Assembly: GCF_018350175.1 (NCBI RefSeq)
Contig: NC_058368.1
Location: 127,226,001 to 127,290,000, forward strand
Source of the DNA: Felis catus
Taxonomy: Eukaryota
Direction of reading: 5' to 3'
DNA length: 64,000 nucleotides
Shown here: one piece after another, positions 39,455 to 51,400 of the stretch
Layout of the letters: the number at the start of each line of letters is the position of its first letter
How positions within the stretch are numbered: position 1 is the stretch's first letter
Notes under the pieces: model-generated
What the model was told of the DNA's origin: nothing
The model's database searches: none
Seen by the model: only the letters and a program-made list of their open reading frames with translations
Position numbers and translations under genes: made by a program

Positions 39455-40017
39455 GTGTGCATGCGCATGCATGCATATGTGTGGTGAGGGGGTGTATAGA
39501 GTTAGCAGAATCCTGGAACACTTATCTACAAATGGCATTTTGTTTGCCGGAAAAATATCTAACCCTATCCTGGCCTCCACAGTGACCACATGAAAATTAA
39601 TGCTTTTAGTAGAATTTTAACATATTTACTGCACATTGGGCTTGAGGAATGTTATGGATAGATCAAGAGATATTGGGTATTTGGTAATAAGAGCCATTAG
39701 TAAATATACCTATTATTCGGCTAAAACCTCTTTCAAGTATTCATTATGGAAGATTCTGATGTTCGTACAAGCACTAACAATGTTTCAAAATCTTAAAATC
39801 TACAGTCTCTGAAACCAGATCAGCTTTTGCCAAACAGCAAAGACTATTTTCCAGCTTTTCTCTTTGGTTAATATTTTTCTAACTATCCAGTATGCTGAAT
39901 TTTAAAATTAATCTCTCAGCCTGACCCTCCCACCTTAGCAGACCTCCAAAGCAGCTACCAAAGGGTAACAAAACACAATTTCACTGACAAACAGCTAGAA
40001 GAAAGGAAAGCAGTTAC

Positions 40018-40142
40018 CGTCTCCTCTGTGGCTTAATATCAATTGGCTTGTTGATTGCATAAGGCGATCCATGAACATAAGGGCTTCGGAATCTAGCCAC
40101 CTTCCCCAGCGTTAGGTACTCACAGCTGGTTGGCAAACTCAT
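40018..40142 (-). CDS. PDE4D: Coding part of an alternative first exon, probably of a long cAMP phosphodiesterase 4D isoform (MSLPTSCEYLTLGKVARFRSPYVHGSPYAINKPIDIKPQRR+CG)
   Basis: ATG at 40142 with A at -3 (gataaaATGa); 41 open codons plus CG, then donor ACG|GTAACT (intron starts 40017). Non-repetitive, with retained CpGs. The phase-2 end in RR(R) matches how PDE4D long-form first exons join the common exon starting (N)-TTT-GAT-GTG (FDVDNG). Gene identity is recalled or inferred, not searched. Confidence 0.72.
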
Positions 40143-40450
40143 TTTATCCAAAAGGCAGGAAGTAAAAACAAATCTTAGTAGTCAGACCAGCATTTCTGGG
40201 AACGCTGGAAAGAACATGTCAGATAATGGATTTCAGACATATGCTGCTCACTGGTCGCTGGGTGCTGCTTTTCTTCAAAAGTAAACGCGTGTTTCTCCCA
40301 GGCTACTCGCGCTACCTTGTTTTCTGTTCATGGATACAGGAAGCTTGTTGCTTATTTCTAACCAGAGTCATGCTCTGACCAATTACTGGCTGAGCAGATG
40401 AAGTAGAAATTCTGTAGCTCCACAAAACCCCATTTCCACTCAAACCAAGT
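40143..40450 (-). promoter_or_regulatory. Putative 5'UTR / proximal promoter of the 40142 exon
   Basis: Repeat-free, with local CpG retention (ggtcgc, aaacgcgtg, ctcgcgc) and ETS-like CAGGAAG motifs near 40156 and 40337. Contains a short upstream ORF ATG TTC TTT CCA GCG TTC CCA GAA ATG CTG GTC TGA. Confidence 0.45.
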
Positions 40451-40528
40451 CTCTGAGTAGGCAGCAAGGTTTAATCCATTTGTGTCTAACATCTAAAAGA
40501 ACATCAACCCAATGTAACTGGTTGGGAA

Positions 40529-40592
40529 ATCAGTTATTTACCTATACACCAAGCATGCATCTGACAAGGAGAAAATAATCCATTATTTTGTA
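40529..40592 (+). repeat. 64-bp dispersed direct repeat, copy 2
   Basis: atcagttatttacctatacacc(a/g)agcatgcatctgacaaggagaaaataatccattattttgta. Confidence 0.95.
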
Positions 40593-41379
40593 TATTTTTG
40601 AAAGGGGTAAATTGTTTTTCTAAATTGATTACAGATATGTAGAAAATGAGATGGGCACATGGAAATGATTATGGGTGGTTTTCCAATTTTCTGGTCAAAA
40701 ATTGTGGGTTCTCATTCATAAATTACTGTTCACAATAGAACGTAACTCAGCCTCTCAGGGACCTAAATGTTGTACACTAAGGTCTTCATACACTAACAAT
40801 TTGATACTGATTTTTTTATTATTATTAGAAACATTCTCTAAGAAATGTCTGCTCACTGGATTAAAACTGATTGAAAAAGAGGAAATTCTTTAATAATTGT
40901 TTGTATGTCAGTTCTTCATAACAGTGAGTGACAAATTGTAGAGACTGTAAATTATACCAGATAAGTACACCTAAGGCAGCAGAGTCAGAGCAAAGTTACA
41001 GCTTTAATTAGCTCACAGTTTTCACCAGCCCTTGCCCCATTTCCTAGTGTTCTAGCAACAAAACCACTGAGGCCCTGGGGACCTACAGAGAGGAGGAGTT
41101 CAGAGTACTGCGAAGGGTAATTTCTAAATTTGAAAAAAAATTTCTTATCCAGGATTTGAATAAACACAACCTATTTATTTCAGAGTCCGGGACCTGAGCA
41201 AACACAAAGTTGCTGAGAGAGAGAGAGAGAGAGCTATATTCTATTGTGTAGCAGCCAAATTCAGGCACTGTTAGGGTTGAAATACAAGCATCAGTTAAAT
41301 TCAGAATGTTTTCAAGTTCAAAAGGGAAGACAATGTTCATTTCACAATAAACATTTCTATCCAATGAGTCTCTTCTTTA

Positions 41380-41930
41380 TACTTTTTTATTATGAAATGA
41401 TGCATGCTCATTGTACCATGTCAAATGACACAGAGGTGCATAAATAAAAATGTTTATTGTCTTTTCCTTCCTATTAATCCTACTTTTTCTTTATGATTAT
41501 GTCAATGTATATGTAGACACATAATATATACACAGATAAACACACACTGATACATATCTCCTTCCTTTTTGCACAAATTAGGCATACACTATACATAATC
41601 CTCTATAAATATTTTTGTATTTAAAAAATCATGAACCATTTTTCAGTAAATGCATAGATATCTAGCATGCCCTTTTTAAATAGTTACATAAGATTCCACG
41701 GAATGGATGCACTCTAATTTTTCAGCCAATACTTTACTGGCAGACCTATAAGTTTGGGCGTCTATAAACAATGAATAGATTGGTAAATATGTTCTTACTG
41801 ATTGGCACTTTTATTTCTGAAAGGACATTAGATCACAAACTGCATATAGTTTTTCATTTAATAGGCTATAGTAATTTACAATCTTACAAGGCATGCAGAA
41901 AGATGTACATTTCCCCACCAGTGCTATCTC
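41380..41930 (-). mobile_element. L1ME-like 3' fragment
   Basis: atgcatgctcattgta...cctttttaaatagttacataagattcc...gtacatttccccacc. Confidence 0.6.
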
Positions 41931-42361
41931 TTGATGTTCAAAACCAGCTCTCCAAAATGCCCAGTGATTAAGTTCCTTGCTAATATGAAACTAAGGTGCC
42001 TGCAAAGGTAAAAACAGCCTATTTGAACTGAAATCTACCAGCCAGAAGTCTGGACCCTACATCAAAATGAAAGAAAACCCAAGCAAGATATAGTCAGAAG
42101 ATTTTTTTTGCTTAATGGGCATAATTAAAGAAGATAAACCAGGGAAGGAGTCCCTGCTATGTTTCCACTTTTCAGTAAATTTTTCTTAATCAGGGTAATA
42201 TTTCATAATTTGGGGCAAGTCACATAATTTTACAATGTGGAGGTAGTGCTTAATGGCTCCCACTTAATTGTGATGTACAACTGTGTATAATTTATAGTTT
42301 TTGAATTTAAGAGGCTCTTTGGAACTACTGCTTTATCTTAAAACAAATGTAAAGTATTTTT

Positions 42362-42588
42362 TTTTTTTTTTTTTTTTTTTTTTCCAACATTTATTTTATT
42401 TTTGGGACAGAGAGAGACAGAGCATGAACGGGGGAGGGGCAGAGAGAGAGGGAGACACAGAATCGGAAACAGGCTCCAGGCTCTGAGCCATCAGCCCAGA
42501 GCCCGACGCGGGGCTCGAACTCACGGACCGTGAGATCGTGACCTGGCTGAAGTCGGACGCTTAACCGACTGCGCCACCCAGGCGCCCC
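42362..42588 (-). mobile_element. Very young felid SINEC_Fc
   Basis: Pure T27 run (42357-42383), intact CpGs, perfect TSD aaatgtaaagtattttt at 42345 and 42589. Confidence 0.97.
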
Positions 42589-44074
42589 AAATGTAAAGTA
42601 TTTTTATCTGTAAGATAATTTAGGGGTCTTTGTCTAGTATTAGAGAAGAGCTGTTTCCCATAAGAATTTCCTTAAGAGGGTAAAAATAAAAAAAAAAATA
42701 AGAAAAAGAAAGGTAAGACATAAACCTCTATGGGAGGGAAATACGTGTCCTGTGATGGGTAAAATTCCTTGGTTTTCTTAGCGGGGACATTTTTGCTTGT
42801 ACCTGGTCAATGATTTACCATGAACCTGGCAGGGTCTCATGGGGATTACTTGTACTTAAATTGGGATGAGAAAAGATTACTGCTAACATCCACCTTGCCA
42901 AGAATCTAGAATTTGTGAGAACACTGGCCAATCAGCCGAGAGCCGCCTCTAAAGGAAACTCAAATCAGCCTGTCTTCCGAGATTCCCTTTCTCTGAGGCT
43001 GGGCAGAGATAGTTGGGGACTTTTCATTTAGGAAAACGTAAAACATACCGATTGGAGAACCTAAATTCAACTACAGATTAGAACCACAGTCTGTAACAGG
43101 TTTACAGCAAAATAGGGCTACAATCTCACCAAGGAATGCCCAGGTTTACCCAGTGGTGTTCCATTTGCTTTTTTGTATACTGGGATTTCTGTGGTGTGAT
43201 GGGCACAGTGTCAAATCTCACTCATTATCCTCATGCTCTGGGGAATATTTGAACAAGGGCATTTACCACACCAGAGTATCGAGAACACCAATATTTTTCA
43301 GTATACTCCAGACTGTGATGCTGGTATTGTCCTTAAGAGCAATTAAAAGCAATTGTTAGGAGGCAAGGTTTGAGGTCACAGGACTTTTCTAATATTTCCA
43401 GTATTTATTCAGATAATTCTTTCAGCTGTTAGATCTAACCTGGCCTGAGTTTGGCAATTTGAAAAGCTGGAGGAATTCTTTCAGGACATTTGGACATCAT
43501 CTGTTCATGACCATGACAGAGAATAAGAATTGACTGACTCATTTCCCCTTGCTTCTGGCTGAGAATGACTCCCTCCCTCCCCACATTTTTGTTTTCTGCC
43601 TTGCCCGCATGGGAGAGCAGTAATCCTGGGGTCCACACCTGTCCTCAGCAATTCAGGCTCTTGTCCCCTCTGACCCACACACTTTCTGGTCAATGCATCC
43701 AACCCAATGACTTCAAATACCCATTATATGCTCAAAATTTGCACATCTTTTTCCAGAGTCCATACCTTTATGATGTTGTAATCAAATGCTCATGAGAAAA
43801 TTCCATTTGGAAGTCCCACAGGTACCTCCTGCCAGCATTTATAATGTAATTCACACTCTTTCTCTACCTTCAAAACATATTTCTTCCTGTGCTCTCTGAC
43901 ACTATCCCCATTCACCCAACCATAAAGCAATCACTTCTAATCAGGCCACAAATCCTAGAGACATGAATGTTAAATAATATAATATTAACAATAATATATT
44001 GCATTATTACAAAATTATAACAATGTTATATTATTACAACAATAATATTAAATTAACAATAATATTAGTAGTAA

Positions 44075-44310
44075 AAGTAGATAATAGCTAACATTTCTCA
44101 GATTATTTTTATGGTGTTAGATACTGTTAATGATAGTAATTCACCCTTTAATCTTCATAAAATTGTATGAGTTGGACACTATTGTTATGCTCATTTTGTA
44201 GATGAGCAAAACAAGGCAAAGGACAAATGAGACACATGCCCCAGGTCACAAAGAGTGTTATGTGGTGGGGTCAGAGTTAGGAGTCAGTTAGTCTAGCTCC
44301 AAAGACCAGA
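44075..44310 (-). mobile_element. MIR
   Basis: attgttatgctcattttgtagatgagcaaaacaaggc...ccccaggtcaca. Confidence 0.7.
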
Positions 44311-46050
44311 CTAAGTTATTCCTCTCTACAGATTGTAGTTTCCTTAATACCTTATTTATCCCTCTTTTTTGCCCATATGTTGCCTAGAGTTAATACTTTC
44401 AGCTTTCTTCTCCTTAACCCTACCCTTCACTTGAACGCTATATGGATCATTTTAAAACGGAAATCTGAACATGTGATTCTCTTGCTTGGAAACATTCAAT
44501 GGTTCCCCATTTCTTTAGTGGTAAAGTTCACAATTTAAGTTCCAAAGCTTAGCACGGCAATCCCCGATGGTCATGCTCTGATTTCCTTTCCTGTATCTGC
44601 CACAAGTAACCCCAGTAGTGTCCCATGCACAGCCTGCTCTTTTACACCACTGGCCTTTCACAAAGAATAAGCCCCCTGGCCAGAACTTTCTGTGTCACTT
44701 CTCTGAGTGGCTGTTTCTACTTGTCATCTCTTCCAAAAACCATTCTCCATTCCTCAGTTTGATTCAGATGCCTCTTACCTATTTTCCCTCATCTACATAT
44801 GACTATAGTGCATTGTTTCATAGCTGTTCATACATTCAAAACTCCTCTCCATGGCACTATAGTTCCTGTGGGGCAGGCATTCTGCTTTATTTGTACTTTG
44901 CAATTCCAGCACCCAGAACACCACTTGCTTGTTAAATAAAGTAGCTGACATTTAACTACTGATTACACATTCCAAAGACCTGTTTAACTCTCTCCTTAGC
45001 TCCCTCACTTTAGCTACTTCCCCATAATAATAATACAATTAGATATTGAAATACATTGGAAATTGTGGAACTATTCAAGAAACACTAGCAAACAGAATTA
45101 GTTAACAAAGAGCACCCACCATAATATGAGAGCAACATCTCTTCTCAGGAAGTGAGGGACATATATGGATTTTAGTTGGAGGCGATGGATATGTGTCTGT
45201 CTGGGTGGATAGTTTCAGTTCAATAATAAAAATGATCAAAAGTAGTTATCCTACTACTTGAATAAGCTTGCGATTATGCTTTTATTTTATCATGTTCTAT
45301 GTTTTGAGAACATAACAAGCACATTCAAAGTTAGTTAATCAATCTTGTCCTTTTAAGGATTAGCCACTTGTTGGATAATCCACTGCTTAAATACTGAACA
45401 TATGACATTTCGCACAGCTTGTACAGAATGGCTTCAATGAGAAGGGAATTCCCAAAGTCCACAGTGTTTTCCAAAATATTAAAATATCTTTAATGTCCAA
45501 ATGCTTAAAGAAAATGTGGAATATCCACTCAATGTAACTATCATAAACCCATTAAAGTGATTGTACTGAAATACTTCTTTAACTCTACAAAAAGATATGC
45601 TAATAAATAACATGAATTCTATAGCGATATACATTTAGGAAGTTCTAGGTGAAACAAAAACAGATAGCCTTTTTTACAAGGAATCAGGAATTCTTAGAGT
45701 TTTTACGATGCTAACATTTGCTCTGAACTGTCAACAAAGTATGGATCGAGTATATGGCATCCTTCATAGGAACTTATGATAACAAAGCATCGCATGTGAC
45801 ACTATGTTTTAAAATAATGACAGAGAGAAGTATTCATAAACATTAACTTAGTAAAAAAATAGGCTATAAAACAGTATATTAGAATAAAATTATTTTTAAC
45901 CAGGGAAAAAGATATTCATACATTGAAAAACAAGAGAATAAAAATAATATACATTGAATACTAAAAAAAAAATCTGAATAGGGAAAATTATATGATTTTA
46001 ATTTTCTTTTTCTCCCGTTTGTATTATCTAAATATTCTAGAATGTCTCTT

Positions 46051-46275
46051 TTTTTTTCAAAGTTCACTTATTTATTTTGAGAATGAGAGAGAAAGTGGGC
46101 GTGCATGTGTGTGTGTGAGTGGGGGAGGGGCAGTGAGACAGGGAGAGAGAGAATCCCCAGCAGGCTCTGTACTGTCTGCATGGAGCCTGCAGGGTTTGAT
46201 CTCACGAAGCCTGAGTTCAGGACCTAAGCCAAAATCAAGAGTTGGACTCAACTGACTGAGCCACCCAGGCACCCC
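46051..46275 (-). mobile_element. Can-SINE (tandem pair, copy 1)
   Basis: TSD tagaatgtctctt at 46038 and 46276. Confidence 0.95.
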
Positions 46276-46302
46276 TAGAATGTCTCTTGTGCTACTGTTT
46301 TA

Positions 46303-46543
46303 TTTATTTATTTTTTTAATTAATTTATTTTTTTAAACTTATTTATTTTTGACAGAGACAGAGGGTGAGCATGAGCTGGGGAGGGGCAGAGAGAGAGAGG
46401 GAGACACAGAATCCAAAGCAGGCTCCAGGCTCCAAGCTGTCAGCACAGAGCCTGACGTGGGGCTCGAACTCACAGACATAACTGTGAGATCATGACCTGG
46501 GCCGAAGTCAGACGCTTAACTGACTGAGCCACCCAGGCTCCCC
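46303..46543 (-). mobile_element. Can-SINE (tandem pair, copy 2)
   Basis: TSD ttgtgctactgtttta at 46287 and 46544. Confidence 0.95.
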
Positions 46544-48374
46544 TTGTGCTACTGTTTTAATAACAAAAATGAGATTGTTATTAAAGTTTTAAAATCTGAA
46601 TTCTATCAACTAAAAATAAAAAAAATACTGATTGTGATCAATTAGTAAATTACATAGCAGAAAACAATAGAAATATTGATGACTGTTTCTTTGTACTTGG
46701 TGTCTGTGGCATCTTTGGTAATGTCTTCATATACAGTTGCAGAAGTAGCATAGAATCACTCTGATTTGATTAGTGCACTAAAAGAGAATATAGTTCTCAT
46801 AGATAAAGGAGGCTCAAAAATATGGGTATCCTTTAAGACTAAAGCTAGTAAGAAATCACAGTGTGGGTAAGATTCATAGACCATTGAACTGCTTTCAAAA
46901 ACTTAAACCATTAAGGTGTTCCCTTATTTATTATTAGGAAATATATTTCTATGAAAATAAATGTGCAAACTTTGGCAATGATAGTACCTTGAAATGTACT
47001 AAAATAAAGGATGATAGGATAATTATAAATGTAAATAGAGGGGGTAGTGGTCTTGGTGACATGGGAAATTATTTATAATAACAAGAGTTTTGAGTATTCT
47101 AAATCTAAGTAACTTGATTTGTTTATGTGAAAAAAATTCTTAAAGAATAATTATAAAGTGAAATATAGCGAATAGTGAAAAAGCTACATAACCTCCTTAA
47201 GAAGCTATAACTCCCCCTGATCTGATGGACATTCACAAACTTTCTAATCTATAATTTGGCTTCTTAAGTACAGTCATCTAGCAAATAGGAGTCACATGGA
47301 ATTGGTGTTGTTCTTAGACAAGTTATATCATCAGTTGTAAATGATAGTGCTAACATTATGATATATAAATTAATATTATCTTGAAAATTTTATGACCATG
47401 ACTTAATTCCTCGGACTGTGAAAAACAATGAGACTTAATGGCATGCCTTTTAGAATTTAAAGAACATAAAGTCCCATAAATCAGAAAGTCAGCAGGTTTA
47501 ACTCAACTTTATAGCAAGGATAACTTCTGTTTAAATCAATCAGCTGCTTCCCTTCAAAAGAAGGCAATCTGGGGATGAATGAACCCTAGGTTCTCAGCTC
47601 CTTAAAAAAGTTTTATACATCTAGTAGAGTCCCCATTGGAAGCAATTTCTCCCAAAATCTTATTTTATTTCCTAACAATCAATTCTTCAAAAGCCCAGCA
47701 GAAACCTATTGATCACATAAAGTTAAATTTATTAAACTGTCTGCAATAAGGGAGACGAGCAGTTGGACCAAGTATTAATAATACCTTAGAAGAAGAAGTC
47801 AGAGAAGAAAGAAGCTAAGTTATTTCTGCTTGTTCTCAGTTTTGTTTAATCCAGGGACAGGAAATTCTGTTAGTTTCAATTTCATTCCCAATAAAATCCC
47901 ATGACCACTGATAATCTTATCTTAACAAACCCATTATATATCCAAAGTTTAGGCTGAGTTAAAGTAGCAATAAAACCAACGGAATAAAATGATGCTCATT
48001 CACTGAAGTTCCAGGTAGTCCCACACAATTCATAGCTCCAAGTATTTTTATAAACTGTCTGAACGTTAAAAGGAGTGACATTTTGCTTTAAAAGGTATGA
48101 AAATGGAAACAAATGAGTTTAATATACGTACTGGGCTTTGACAACATGACTTCTTCAACAGATGTCCTACACTACTTCCCACACTTTCATCCTTAAAAAG
48201 CACAGTCTACTCGCCAAGATATACACTGTTGCCAAAATTCAGCTGCAAAAGAATCGCCAACAGTAAGCACCAGTGGAAAGAATTAAAGCACTTTTAAGCT
48301 TATTTCCAAATAACCAAATATCTTATATCATTATCAAATCTGAAGATGAAACATAATCATGCTGTAAGTTCTTC

Positions 48375-48414
48375 TAGTTGGTGAAGCAAAGAGATTAGTT
48401 GGTCAAGCAAAGAG
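48375..48414. repeat. 21-bp imperfect tandem duplication
   Basis: tagttggtgaagcaaagagat / tagttggtcaagcaaagag. Confidence 0.85.
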
Positions 48415-51400
48415 CAGGTGTCTTTGGCAAAGATAGTTCTATATCTGGTTGCTAGATAATTTTTAAAAAACACATCAATTCATCCTTCTACCTCAGTTGG
48501 TTTGCCAGCCAGCCAGCATGAGTTAAACATCTATTCTATAAACAGACAGAAGTGAATGGTCTGACTCTTAACTAGAAAAAGTCACATAATCCATTCAATG
48601 TCCAGTTGATGCATTATGACAGGATGCACTTCAAATGACCACCTATGAGAAAGAAATGAAAGGCAGTACAGCGTCAGTGATCCTATCTGAAACCTTGTGG
48701 TTGGCTAATATCACATGAAGCTGACATTCAGACTATACCATCATTTCCTTCTTCATATTGTTTTGTTAATGTTTTCTCTTCTCAAGTGGGTTATAAACCA
48801 CAAGATAGACTGATCATGGCTCACTGATCTTTGAAGTCTCCAGAGTCCCTGGTACATTGATCTACATAGAGTAGATGCCCAGTAACTCTGTGTTACAAGA
48901 AGGACTTGCACTCATGGTTTATCTTCGTTAACTTTTTAAAACTTGGGGTCCATATTACTCAGTTTACCTGAAGTGTATAAGCTGTTGTCCCAATACTATT
49001 ATTAAATAATGCTTTTTTTCTCAAAAGTATCACTGTTTAGATTATAAATTATCTGTTTATCATCTGGCTCTGAGATTGTACATGTACAAGGCTAGCTCAG
49101 CCACTAGACTGAAAAGGGCTCAAAGGCAAAGACTGAGTCTTACCCATTACTATTCCACTGCATTACGCTTTTTCTAGGGTCTGCATTGATGACCCAAGAA
49201 ATAATAACAGATAATAGGGAAGCTCATGATATATTTAACCAGACTGAATAAATCCAGAGAGAAAACATAATGTGAAGGAGTGATCTGTATAGATAGGATC
49301 AGGTAGGTAAACATCCACCTTGATATTCTCTTAAATTCAAATGATAACAAAAGTTATCTTCTTGTATTCAAATCTATAGAGCATGGAAATTCTGGAATTA
49401 TTTGTAAATGAGGGAGAGACTAATACTGAAGATGTTGGTTTTGAAGCCAAGTAACTTTGGTTTATAACTCTGCACTCCAAAAATGGGTTAGGTAACCCAG
49501 CAGCATAAATGACACCTTTCTAATACCAGTTTCCATGACATTTAAGCTTCATTCATTCAACAAATATTTGTCAAGTCACTATTCTATGTGTTGGGAATCT
49601 GGGAGCAAATAAAACAGACAAATATTCCTGCCTTCCTGGAATGGACATTCCAGAAGAGCCAGGTGGATGGACGTACAGGTGAATGAAATATATAAGAGAG
49701 GTGATAAGTTATAGGGAGAAATATGTACTAGGAAAGGGACACAAGGAGTTCAAGGATAGGGGCCTTGGGGTCAGCTTCTGGGGCCATGAGGTATCAGAAA
49801 AGCTGCTCTTCCTGTGGTGAGTAATTCAAAGGGAAAAAAAGTGAAAAGGATACTATATAGAGGTGAGAGTGCACGTGCAAGCCAAGATAGTGCTTGGTAC
49901 ATTATTTGTTGACTGAATAATTAAGTGAGTGAATTAGTGAATCCCTTCAACAGATAGGAGCTGCAATCCTGAGAGATAAACAAATCTGTCACCTGAGAAA
50001 AAATTTCAATGAAGCTAATATGAGCTAGAATATTACTGTTATTAAGATTCTACACGTCCCTAAACTGAAAGAGTCCTCTTAATTAATGGAAGATACCCAT
50101 TTTTTTCTGATATGATTCATTGCTTTGTTAGTCACTAGATAATTTAATACAAGCAACTGTGATTTAGTAACTGCTTAGAATTTTCCTGTTAAATTTGATG
50201 AATAAATCCCCAACCCAGGTAACATAGAATGTAAAGGCAATTACAGAAAACAGAAAGTGGCAACAAATTAAGAGTAAATCAGTTACACATATCATAGGCC
50301 CTTATTAGTTACCTTAATTATTTAGCAACAGAAGCTGAACTAAATTTTTAAAGAGTTATCTTCTCCTATTCCCTTCAGACAAATTGTCAGTTACAAAGTC
50401 ATGGATTAGTCTTTACCAATAACAATTATAGCTCATATCTACTGAGCATTTAATTGATGTCATCAGGCACTATGCTAAGAACTTTTCATATCATCTGCTC
50501 TCATAATTGAAAGATTTGTTGTAAGTGATTGGAAATGCAGTCTTCTAATGCATGAAAACCCTCCAGGGAGAAGCAGGAATCTGCTCTTGGGTGAATGCAT
50601 CTTGGTATGAGAACAGCCCTGCTTCATGGCACAGAATGCTTACTTTGAATAGATACCAATATTGTAAAGTTATTTCTACTAACCTAAATTTCACCTTTGT
50701 AGAAGTACTGTCTCTCAACTGCAGATTTGGAATCATTCAAAAACAGGCATAATTCTTTTTTTTACTCCGACAGCTTTGTGATCACCTAAAGAGAGCTTCC
50801 ATTTTCCCATTTCTAGGCCACCTGATCAAAGTTCTTTTGATTGTTCCTATCTTGCTTCTGGATTTATCCTTGTTTGTTGATTCCTCTTGAAATTAAGCCA
50901 ACATTCTAGGTGTGATATGACTATTCAGGGGGCAGAAAGAGATAATCATCTCCATTTCTCTGTTCATTGTAAATCTATGAATGAGATTTAAGACAATTCT
51001 CCTCACACTCTTAATTCATGAACCACTTCCCTTAGGATTCCACTATCCAATTCATATTAATTGTGAATTTGAATTTGCAATCATTTTTATTAGCAAAAAT
51101 AAATAACTGTTGATCCTGACCTTGCATTCCACTGTATTCACAGTCACTTTCAAGTCCACTTTTCTGTACATCTGAATGGATGAATTAATCTCCCAACTAG
51201 GCTAACATTTACTCTTTATTCAATACTTCTCATCTATGTTGTTCAACTGGTAATAAGTCCACTTATCTGCATTTCCATCTAGCCTATATATCCACTAACC
51301 CTGCAACTATAACTCAAGAGACTTTTTCAAATACCTTACCAAAATTTTTTTAAATGTTATTTCTACAGCATTTACTGGATTTACCAAGCAATAGGGAGAT

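Noticed and set aside
43970..44070. AATAATATT-like AT-rich tract
   Set aside because: Ordinary low-complexity sequence adjoining a MIR tail.
48958..48985. Minus-strand CTTCAG|GTAAAC motif
   Set aside because: Poor pyrimidine tract with a nearby upstream AG and a weaker donor; not a convincing recursive site.
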